The translations under genes were made by a program, and so were the position numbers. The notes below the pieces were generated by a model. That model was not told the DNA's origin. It saw only the letters and a program-made list of their open reading frames with translations, and did no database searches. A stretch of 64,000 bases of DNA from NCBI RefSeq assembly GCF_009914755.1, contig NC_060946.1. One strand, given 5' to 3'. The DNA comes from the human T2T-CHM13v2.0 reference genome, Homo sapiens. This document shows, piece by piece, positions 46,761-58,960 of this stretch. Positions within the stretch are counted from its first letter, which is position 1. Each line of letters begins with the position of its first letter.

Positions 46761-49700
46761 CTTTCCATTCCATTCCATCCCATTCCATTCCGCTCCATTC
46801 CATTCCATTCAATTCAATTCCATTCCATTCCACTCCATTCCATTCCACTCTTGTTCATTCCATTCCATTCCATTCCATTCTATCCCGTTCCTTTCCATTC
46901 TATTCCGTTCCTTTCCATTCCCTCACACTCGTGTTCATTCCATTCCGTTCCTTTGCATTCCATTCCATTCATTTCCATTCCTTTCCATTGAACTCCACTT
47001 GGTTGATTCCATTCCATTCCATTCTATTCCATTCCGTTCAATTAAATTCCATTCCATTCCATTCCATTGCATTCCAGTTCATTCCATTCGTTTCCATTCC
47101 ATTCCATTCCCTTCCATTCCATTCCATTCCCTTCCATTCCATTCCGTTCAATTCTATTCCGTTGCATTGGAATCGGGTTGATTCCAATCAATTCCATTAC
47201 ATTCCAGTCTATTCCATTCCATTCCATTCCACTCGGTTTGTTTCCATTACGTTGAATTGCATTCCATTCCATTCCATTCCATTCCATTCCATTCCATTCC
47301 ATTGAAATTCATTGCATTTCATTCCACTCGGTTTGTTTCCTTTCCATTCCATTAGTTTCCAATAAATTCCATTCCATTCATTCCATTCCATTCCATTCCA
47401 CTCAGGTTGATTCCATTCCATTCCATTCCATTCGATTCCATTCTAGTTGATTCCATTGCATTCCGTGCTGTTCCATTCCATTCCACTCCATTCGAATCCA
47501 TTCCACTTGGGTTGATTCCATTCAATTCCATTCCATTCAATTACCTTCCATTGCATTCCACTCGGGTTGATTCCATTCCATTCCATTCCATTGCATTTCC
47601 TTCCATTCCATTCCATTCCACTCCATTCCATTCCATTCAATTCAATTCCACTCCATTCCAATCCACTCGTGTTCATTCCATTCCATTCCATTCTTTCCCG
47701 TTCCTTTCCATTCTATTCCGTTTCATTCCACTCCCTTACACTCGTGTTCATTCCATTCCGTTCCGTTCCATTCCATTCCATTCATTTCCGTTCCTTTCCA
47801 TTTCACTCCACTCGGGTTGATTCCATTCCATTCCATTCCATTCCATTCCTTTCCATTAGTTTCTAATCGGGTTGATTCCAATCCATTACATTATATTCAA
47901 GTCCTTTCCATTCCATGCCATTCCACTCGTGTTCTTTCCATTTTGTTGTATTCCATTCCATTCCATTCCATTCCATTCCATTCCATTCCATTCCATTGCA
48001 TTCCATTCCATTGCAATCCATTCCACTGGGGTTGCTTCCATTCCGTTCCATTAGTTTCCATTCCATTCCATTCCTTTCCATTCCATTCCATTCCATTCCA
48101 TACCATTCCATCAAAGTTGATTGCATGTTATTCCATTCCATTCAATTCCATTCCATTCCATTCCATTCCTTTCCTTTCCACTCGGGTTGATTCCATTCCA
48201 TTCAATTCCGTTCCGTTCCTTTCCATTCCATTCCATTCCAGTTCATTCCATTGCATTGCACTCGGGTTGATTCCATTCCATTCCGTTCCATTCCATTCCA
48301 TTCCATTCCATTCCATTCCATTCCATTCCATTCTATTCCCTTCGGGTTGATTCCTTTCCATTCCATTCCATTGCATACCATTCCACTCCATTCCATTCCA
48401 TTCCATTCGCGATGATTCCGTTCCATTCCATGCCCTTTTATTCCATTCCATTCCCTTCCATACCATTCCACCAAAGTTGATTGCATGTTATTCCATTCCA
48501 TTCCATTCCATTCCATTCCATTCCATTCCATTCCATTCCTTTCCACTCGTGTTGATTTCATTCCATTCAATTCTGCTCCGTTCCATTCCGTTGCATTCCA
48601 TTGTATTTCATTCCATTCCATTCCACTCGGGTTGTTTCCATTCCGTTCCATTAGTTTCCGTTCCATTAGTTTCCATTCCATTCCATTCCTTTCCATTCCA
48701 TTCTATTCCATTCCATTCCATTCCATTCCATTCCATTCCATTCCATTCCTTTCCACTCAGGGTGATTCCATTCCATTCCATTCCAATGCATTCCATTCCC
48801 GTTGATACCATTGCATTGCATTGTTTCCAGTCCATTCCATTCCATTACACTACATTCCATTCCAGTCGGTTTGATTCATTTCCATTCCATTCCATTGCAT
48901 TCCTCTCGGGTTGATTCCATTCCATTCCATTCCCTTGCATTCCATTCCATTCCATTGCATTCATTTCCATTCCATTCCACTCGTGTTTATTCCCTTCCAT
49001 TCAATTCCATTCCATTCCATTCCATTCCATTTCATGCCATTCCATTCCATTCCATTCCATTCTATTCCATTCCATTCCACTCGTGTGGATTCCCTTCCAT
49101 TCCATTCCATTCCATTCCACTTGAGTTGATTCTATTCCATTCCTTTACATTTCATTCCATACCATTCCATTCCATTCCATTCCATTCCGTTCCATTCCAT
49201 TCGTGTTGATTCCATTCCATTCCATTCCACTCCATTCCAATCCATTACATTCCACTCGGGTTGAATACATTCCTTTCCATTCTATTCCATTCCATTCCTC
49301 TCCAATCCATTCCATTCCATTCAATTCCACTTGGATTCAATCTATTTTTCCATTCCATTCCGTTCTGTTCCATTCCATTCCATTGCATTAGATACCATTC
49401 CATTCCACTCGGGTTGATTCCATTCCGTTACTTTCCATTTTATTCCATTCCATTCCATTCCATTCCACTCCATTCCATTCCACTGCAATCCATTCCACTC
49501 CACTCCGGTTGATGCCATACCATTCCATTCCATTTCATTCCATTCCATTTCACTCAGGTTGATTCCATTCCATTCCATTCATTTTTATTCCATTCCTTTC
49601 CGTTCCATTCCATTCCGTTCCATACCATTCCACTCTGGTTCATTCCATACCATTCTATTCCATCCCATTCCATGAAATTCTATTCCATTCCATTCCACTC

Positions 49701-51716
49701 GTGTTGATTCCTTTCCATTCCATTCCATTCGGGTTTTTTCCATTCCATTCCATTCCATTCCACTCCATTCCATTCCATTCAATTTCACTCGGATGGATTC
49801 CATTCCATTCCATTCCAATCCATTTCTTTCCATTCCATTCCTTTCCATTCGGGTTCATTCCATTCCATTCCATTCCATTTCATTCCTTTCCATTCGGGTT
49901 CATTCCATTCCATTCCATTCCATTCCATTGCATTCCATTCCATTCCATTCCAATCCATTCCATTCCATTCCACTCGGGTTGATTCCATTTCGTTCCTTTC
50001 CATTCCATTCCATTCCATTCCGTTCCATTCCATTCCGTTCCATTCAATTCGTGTTGATTCCATTCCATTCCACTCCAATACATTCCACTCCATTCCTTTC
50101 CACTCGGGTTGATTCCATTTCTTTCCTTTCCATTCCATTCCATTCCGTTCCATTCAATTCGTGTTGATTCCATTCCATTCCACTAAAATCCATTCCATTC
50201 CATTCCAATCCATTGCATTCCATTCAGTTCCACTCACATTCAATCTATTCCATTGAATTTCATTCCGTTTTGTTCCATTCCATTCCACTGCATTCCATAT
50301 CTGTCCATTCCACTCGGGATGATTCCGTTCCATTCCATTATATTCGGTTCCATTCCATTCCATTCCATTCCATTCCATTCCATTCCACTCTGGTTGATTC
50401 CATTCCATTCCATTGCGTTCCATTCCATTCCACTCGGGTTGTTTCCATTTCATTCCTTTCCATTTCATTCTATTCCATTCCATTCCATTCCATTCTATTC
50501 CATTCCATTCCACTCCTTTCCATTCCCTTCCTCTCCGGTTATTCCATTCCATTCCATTCCATTCCATTCGGTTTTTGCCATTCCATTCCATTCCATTTTA
50601 TTCCATTCCATTCCATTACATTACATTACATTACATACCATTCCACTCGGGTTGATTCCATACCATTCTATTCCATTCCATTTCATTAAATTCCATTCCA
50701 TTCTATTCCACTCGGTTAGATTCCATTCCATTCCATTCCATTCCATTCCATTCCATTCCATTAGTTTTTAATCGGGTTGATTTCAATCCATTCCATTATA
50801 TTCCAGTCCTTTCCATTCCATGCCATTCCACTCGAGTTCTTTCCATTTTTTTGTATTCTATTCCATTCCATTCCATTCCATTCCATTCCATTCCATTCCA
50901 TTGCATTCCTTTGCATTCCATTCCACACGGGTTGTTTCCGTTCCGATCCATTAGTTTCCATTCCATTCCATTCCTTTCCATTCGATTCCATTCCATTCCA
51001 TTCCATTCCATTCCATTTCTTTCCACTCAGGGAGATTCCATTCCATTCCATTCCAATGCATTCCATTCCATTTGATACCATTGCATTGCATTGTTTCCAT
51101 TCCATTCCATTCCATTCCATACCATTCCATTCCATTCCATTTCATTCCATTGCATTCCACTCAGGTTGATTCCATTCCATTCCATTCCATTGCATTCCAT
51201 TCCATACCCTTCGGGTTGATTCCATTCCATTCGATTCCATTCCGTACCATTCCACTGCATTCCATTCCATTCCATTCGGGTTGATTCCGTTCCATTCCAG
51301 GCCCTTTTATTCCATTCCATCCCATTCCATTCCATTCCGTACCATTAAACCTAAATTGATTACATGTTATTGCATTCCATTCAATTCTATTCCATTCCAT
51401 TCCATTCCTTTCACTTGGTTTTATTCCACTCCATTCCATTCCATTCCATTCCATTCCATTCCATTCCACTCCATTCCATTTCACTCCACTCCGGTTGATT
51501 CCATTAAATTCCATTCCATTTCATTCCATTCCGTTTCACTCGAGTTGATTCCATTCCATTCCATTCCATTTTATTCCATTCCATTCCGTTTCATTCCTTT
51601 CCATTCCATACCATTCCACTCCGGTTGATTCCATGCAATTCCATTCCATGAAATTCCATTCCATTCCACTAAACTCGTGTTGATTCCTTTCCATTCCATT
51701 CCACTTCATTCCATTC
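46761..51716 (+). repeat. Partial HOR copy 4, near-identical until ~48.25 kb then diverged, with internal gaps
   Basis: Matches 467-~6460 of copy 1. The offset falls from 46289 (1574/47863) to 45484 (3318/48802) to 45272 (6009/51281). Colinearity ends after CCACTTCATTCCATTC at ~51716. Confidence 0.88.
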
Positions 51717-53419
51717 AATTACAATCCATTCCATTGCATTCCGTTCCATTCCATTCCATTCCATTCCATTCTATTGCATTCCATTCCATTCCATTGCATT
51801 CGATTCCACACGGGTTGTTTCCATTCCGTTCCGTTAGTTTCCATTCCATTCCATTCCTTTCCATTCCATTCCATACAATTCCATTCGGGTTTATTCCATT
51901 CAGTTCCATTCCATTCCATTCCATTCCATTCTATTCCATTCCATTCGGGTTTATTCCATTCCATTCCATTCCAGTCCATTGCATTCCATTCCATTCCACT
52001 CCACTCCATTCCATTCCATTCCACTCGTGTTGATTCCTTTCCATTCCATTCCAATCCATTCCATTCCATTCCATTCCATTCCATTCGGGTTCATTCCGTT
52101 GCATTCCATTCCATTACTTTCCATTCCATTCCATTTCATTTCATTCCATTCCACTGCATTCCATTCCATTCCATTCCATTCCTTTCCATTCCATTCCATT
52201 CCATACCATTCCCTCAAACTTGATTGCATGTTATTCCATTCCATTCATTCCCATTCCATTCCATTCCATTCCATTCTTTCCACTCGGGTTGATTCCATTC
52301 CATTCAATTCCGTTCCGTTCCGTTCCATTCCATTCCATTCCATTCCATTCCATTCCATTCCATTCCCTTCGGGGTGATTCCTTTCCATTCCATTCCATTC
52401 CATACCATTCCACTCCATTCCGTTCCATTCCAATCGCGTTGATTCCGTTCCATTCCATGCCCTTTTATTCCATTCCATTCCATTCCATTCCATTCCATTC
52501 CATTCCATTCCATTCCCTTCCATACCATTCCACCAATGTTGATTGCATGTTATTGCATTCCATTCCATTCCATTGCACTCCATTCCATTCCATTCCATTC
52601 CACTCGTGATGTTTCCATTCCATTCCTTTCCATTCCATTCCATTCCATTCCATTCCATTCCATTCTATTCCATTCCATTCGTTTCCACTCGGGTTGATTT
52701 CATTCCATTCAATTCCGTTCCGTTCCATTCCGTTCCACTCCATTCCATTTCATTCCATTGCACTCCACTCGTGTTGATTCCATTCCATTCCATTCCGTTG
52801 CATTCCATTCCATTCCATTCCATACCCTTCTAGTTGATTCCTTTCCATTCCATTCCATTCCATACCATTCCACTCCATTCCGTTCCATTCCATTCGGGTT
52901 GATTCCGTTCCATTCCATGACCTTTTATTCCATTCCATTCCATTCAATTCCATTCCATACCATTCCACCAAAGTTGATTGCATGTTATTCCATTCCATTC
53001 CATTCCATACCATTCCACCAAAGTTGATTGCATGTTATTCCATTCCATTCCATTCCATTCCATTCCATTCCATTCCTTTCCACTCGGGTTGATTCCTTTC
53101 CTTTCAATTCCGTTCCGTTCCATTCTGTTCCGTTCCAATCCTTTCCATTTCATTCCATTGCATTCCACTCGGGTTGATTCCATTCCTTTCCACTCCATTC
53201 CATTGCACTCTATTCCATACTCTTCGGGTTGATTCCTTTCCATTCCATTCCATTCATCACCATTCCACTTCATTCCGTTCCATTCCATTCTGGTTGATTC
53301 CATTCCATTCCGTTCCGTTCCATTCCATTCCATACCATTCCACTAGGGTTGATTCCATACCATTCCTTTCCATTGCATTCCATTCCATTCCATTCCACTC
53401 GGTTTGATTCCATTCCATT

Positions 53420-54315
53420 CCGTTTCATCCCACTCCATTCCATTACATTCCATTCCACTCGGGTTAATTCCGTTCCATTCCATTCCAATCCATTCCATTC
53501 CATTCCATTCCATTTCATTGGGGTCCATTCCATTCCATTCCATTCCATTCCGTTCCGTTCCTTTCCATTCCATTCAATTCCATCCCATTCCATTCCATTG
53601 CATTCATTCCTTTCCATTCCATTCCATTCCACTCGGGTTGATTCCATTCCAATCCATTCCATTCCATTAAATTCCATTCCATTCCATTCCACTCGTGTAG
53701 ATTCCATTCCATTCCATTCCATTCCATTCCATTCCATTCCACCCCTTTCCATTAGTTTCTAATCGGTTGATTCCAATCCATTCTATTATATTCAAGTCCT
53801 TTCCATTCCATGCCATTCCACTCGGGTTGTTTCCATTTTGTTGTATTCCATTCCATTCCATTCCATTCCGTTCCATCCCACTCCATTCCATTACATTCCA
53901 TTCCACTCGGGTTAATTCCGTTCCATTCCATTCCAATCCATTCCATTCCATTCCATTCCATTCCATTGGGGTCCATTCCATTCCATTCCATTCCATTCCA
54001 TTCCGTTCCGTTCCTTTCCATTCCATTCAATTCCATCCCATTCCATTCCATTCCATTCATTCCTTTCCATTCCATTTCATTCCACTCGGGTTGATTCCAT
54101 TCCAATCCATTCCATTCCATTAAATTCCATTCCATTCCATTCCACTCGTGTAGATTCCATTCCATTCCATTCCATTCCATTCCATTCCACTCCTTTCCAT
54201 TAGTTTCTAATCGGTTGATTCCAATCCATTCTATTATATTCCAGTCCTTTCCATTCCATGCCATTCCACTCGGGTTGTTTCCATTTGGTTGTATTCCATT
54301 CCATTCCATTCCATT
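53420..54315 (+). repeat. 448-bp tandem duplication
   Basis: GGGTTAATTCCG occurs at 53461 and 53909. ORF starts 53767/54215 and 53810/54258 are both offset by 448. Both copies share the private variants ACTCGTGTAG and AATCGGTTG. Confidence 0.9.
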
Positions 54316-55204
54316 CCATTCCATTCCATTCCATTCCATTCCATTCCATTCCATTGCATTCCATTCCACTCGGTTTGTTTCCATTCCGTTCCATTAGTTT
54401 CCATTCCATTCCATTCCTTTCCATTCCATTCCACTCAGCGTGATTCCTTTCCTTTCCATTCCAATTCTTTCCATTCCAGTTCATACCATTGCATTGCATT
54501 GTTTCCATTCCATTCCATTCCATTCCACTCGGTTTGATTCATTTCCATTCCATTCCTTTGCATTCCATTCCATTCCATTCCATTCCTCTCGGGTTGATTC
54601 CATTAAATTCCATTCCCTTTTATTCCATTCCATTCCATTCCATTCCATTCCATTCCATTCCATTCCCTACCCTTCCACGAAAGTTGATTGCATGCTCTTC
54701 CATTCCATTCCATTCCATTCCATTCCATTCCGTTCCTTTCCACTTGGGTTGATTCCACTCCATTCAATTCCGTTCCATTCCGTTCCGTTCCGATCCGTTC
54801 CATTCCATTCCATTCCATTCCATTCCATTCCATTCCATTCCATTCCATTTCATTCCATTGCATTCCACTCGGGTTGTTTCCATTCCATTCCATTCCATTC
54901 CATTCCATTCCATTCCATATTCCATTCCATACCCTTCGGGTTGATTCCTTTCCATTCCATTCCTTTCCATACCGTTCCACTCCATTCCATTCCATTCCAT
55001 TCCATTCTTGTTGATTCCATTCCGTTGAATTTCTTTCCATTCCAATCCATTCCATTCCACTCCATTCCATTCCATTCCATTCCATTCTATTCCACTCGAC
55101 TTACTTCCATTCCTTTGAATTCCATGGCTTTCCATTCCATTCCATTCCATTCCTTTTCATTCTATTACACTCGGGTTGTTTCCATTCCATTCATTTCTTT
55201 TACA

Positions 55205-55372
55205 TTCCATTCCATTCCTCTCCATTCCACTCATGTTGATTGCATTCTTTCCATTCCATTCCCTTCCATTCCATTACATTCCTTTCCATTCCATTCCATT
55301 CCTCTCCATTCCACTCATGTTGATTGCATTCTTTCCATTCCATTCCCTTCCATTCCATTACATTCCTTTCCA
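55205..55372 (+). repeat. 84-bp tandem duplication
   Basis: TCATGTTGATTGCATTCTTTCC occurs at 55231 and 55315. Confidence 0.88.
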
Positions 55373-55849
55373 TTCCATTCCATTCCACTCGTGTTGATTC
55401 CATTCCATTGCTTTCCATTCCATTCCATTCCATTCCATTCCATTCCGTTCTGGTTGATTCCGTTCCATTCCATTCCATTTCATTCCATTCCATTCTATTC
55501 CATTACACTCCATTCCATTCCATTCCACTCCATTCCATTCCATTCCATTCCACCCAGATTGATTCCATTCTATTCCATTGCATTCCGTTCCATTCCATTC
55601 CAGTTGATTCCAATGCCTTCCATTCCATTGCATTCCATTCCACTCCATTCCACTCTGGTTGATTCCATTCCATTCCATTCCATTCCATTCCATTCCATTC
55701 CATTCCACTCGTGTTGATTCCATTCCATTCCTTTCCATTCCATTTCACTCGGGTTGATTCCATTCCATTCCGATCCATTTTATTCCATTCCATTCCATTC
55801 CATACCTTTCCATTCCACACGGGTTAATTCCATTCCATTCCATTCCATT

Positions 55850-58800
55850 CCATTGCATTCCATTCCATTCCATTCCATTCAGGTTGATTCCTTTCCATTC
55901 CTTTCCATCCCATTCCATTCCACTGCATTCCATTCCGTTGAATGCAATTCCATTCCATTCCACTCCATTCCATTCCACTCGTTTTCATTCCATTCTATTC
56001 CAATCCATTCTGTCCCGTTACTTTCCATTCTATTCCATTCCATTCCATTCCCTCACACTCGTGTTCATTCCATTCCGTTCCGTTCCATTCCATTCCATTC
56101 ATTTCCATTCCTTTCCATTGCACTCCACTCGGGTTGATTCCATTCCATTCCATTCTATTCCATTCCGTTCAATTAAATTCCATTCCATTCCATTCCATTG
56201 CATTCCAGTTCATTCCATTCCTTTCCATTCCATTCCATTCCCTTCCATTCCATTCCATTCAATTCAATTCCGTTGCATTAGAATCGGGTTGATTCCAATC
56301 CATTCCATTACATTCCAGTCTTTTCCATTCCATTCCATTCCACTCGGTTTGTTTCCATTACGTTGAATGGCATTCCATTCCATTCCATTCCATTCCATTC
56401 CATTCCATTGAAATTCATTGCATTTCATTCCACTCGGTTTGTTTCCTTTCCATTCCATTAGTTTCCAATAAATTCCATTCCATTCATTCCATTCCATTCC
56501 ATTCCACTCAGGTTGATTCCGTTCCATTCCATTGCATTCCATTCCATTCTATTTGATTCCATTGTATTCCGTGCTGTTCCATTCCATTCCACTCCATTCG
56601 AATCCATTCAATTTGGGTTGATTCCATTCCATTCCATTCCATTCAATTCCCTTCCATTGCATTCCACTCGGGTTGATTCCATTCCATTCCATTGCAATCC
56701 ATTCCATTCGATTCCATTGCACTTCCTTCCATTACAGTTCATTCCATTCCATTCCATTCCACTCTGGTTGACTACATTCCATGCTATTGCTTTCCATTGC
56801 ATTCCATTCCTTTCTATTACATTCCATTTTTTTCCATTCCATTCCTTTCCACTCGAGTTGATTCCATTCCTTTCTATTCCATTCCGTACCATTCCATTCC
56901 ATTCCATTCCATTCCATTCCATTCCATTCCATTCCATTCCATTTCAATCGGGTGGATTCCATTCCATTCAATTCTATTCCATTCCATTTCATTCCATTCC
57001 ACACGGATGATTCCATTCCATTCCATTCCATTCCATTGAAATTCATTGCATTGCATTCCAGTTGAATCCATTGGATTCGATTCCGTTCCATTCCATTCCA
57101 TTCCACTCGAGTTGATTCCACTCCGTTCCATTGGATTACATTCCATTTCTTTCCTATCGGGTGGTTTCCATTCCATTCCATTCCATTCCACTCCGGTTGA
57201 TTCCAATCCGTTCCGTTCCATTCCATTCCATTCCATTCCATTCCATTGCATTCCATTCCATTCCATTCCATTCAGGTTGATTCCTTTCCATTCCTTTCCA
57301 TCCCATTCCATTCCACTGCATTCCATTCCGTTGAATGCAATTCCATTCCATTCCACTCCATTCCATTCCACTCGTGTTCATTCCATTCCATTCCAATCCA
57401 TTCTGTCCCGTTCCTTTCCATTCTATTCCGTTCCATTCCATTCCATTCCACTCGAGTTGATTCCACTCCGTTCCATTGGATTACATTCCATTTATTTCCT
57501 ATCGGGTGGTTTCCATTCCATTCCATTCCATTCCACTCCGGTTGATTCCAATCCGTTCCGTTCCATTCCATTCCATTCCATTCCATTCCATTCCATTCCA
57601 TTCCATTCAGGTTGATTCCTTTCCATTCCTTTCCATCCCATTCCATTCCACTGCATTCCATTCCGTTGAATGCAATTCCATTCCATTCCACTCCATTCCA
57701 TTCCACTCGTGTTCATTCCATTCCATTCCAATCCATTCTGTCCCGTTCCTTTCCATTCTATTCCGTTCCATTCCATTCCCTCACACTCGTGTTCATTCCA
57801 TTCCGTTCCGTTCCATTCCATTCCATTCATTTCCATTCCTTTCCATTGCACTCCACTCGGGTTGATTCCATTCCATTCCATTCTATTCCATTCCGTTCAA
57901 TTAAATTCCATTCCATTCCATTCCATTGCATTCCAGTTCATTCCATTCCTTTCCATTCCATTCCATTCCCTTCCATTCCATTCCATTCAATTCAATTCCG
58001 TTGCATTGGAATCGGGTTGATTCCAATCCATTCCATTACATTCCAGTCTTTTCCATTCCATTCCATTCCACTCGGTTTGTTTCCATTATGTTGAATGGCA
58101 TTCCATTCCATTCCATTCCATTCCATTCCATTGAAATTCATTGCATTTCATTCCACTCGGTTTGTTTCCTTTCCATTCCATTAGTTTCCAGTAAATTCCA
58201 TTCCATTCATTCCATTCCATTCCATTCCACTCAGGTTGATTCCGTTCCATTCCATTGCATTCCATTCCATTCTAGTTGATTCCATTGTATTCCGTGCTAT
58301 TCCATTCCATTCCACTCCATTCGAATCCATTCAACTTGGGTTGATTCCATTCCATTCCATTCCATTCAATTCCCTTCCATTGCATTCCACTCGGGTTGAT
58401 TCCATTCCATTCCATTGCATTCCATTCCATTCGATTCCATTGCACTTCCTTCCATTACAGTTGATTCCATTCCATTCCATTCCATTCCATTCCATTCCAT
58501 TCCATTCCATTCCATTCCACTCTGGTTGACTATATTCCATGCCATTGCTTTCCATTGCATTCCATTCCTTTCTATTACATTCCATTTTTTTCCATTCCAT
58601 TCCTTTCCACTCGAGTTGATTCCATTCCTTTCTATTCCATTCCGTACCATTCCATTCCATTCCATTCCATTCAATTCCATTCCATTCCATTCCATTTCAA
58701 TCGGGTGGATTCCATTCCATTCAATTCTATTCCATTCCATTTCATTCCATTCCACTCGGATGATTCCATTCCATTCCATTCCATTCCAATGAAATTCATT

Positions 58801-58960
58801 GCATTGCATTCCAGTTGAATCCATTGGATTCGATTCCGTTCCATTCCATTCCATTCCACTCGTGTTGATTCCACTCCGTTCCTTTGGATTACATTCCATT
58901 TCTTTCCTATCGGGTGGTTTCCATTCCATTCCATTCCATTCCACTCCGGTTGATTCCATT
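55850..58960 (+). repeat. Nested duplication: ~1.39-kb tandem pair with a ~340-bp duplication spanning the junction
   Basis: GTTGAATGCAATTCC occurs at ~55937, ~57330 and ~57665. CCTATCGGGTGGTTTCC occurs at ~57153, ~57498 and ~58906. The ORF offset is 1728 (55884/57612, 55942/57670). Confidence 0.85.
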
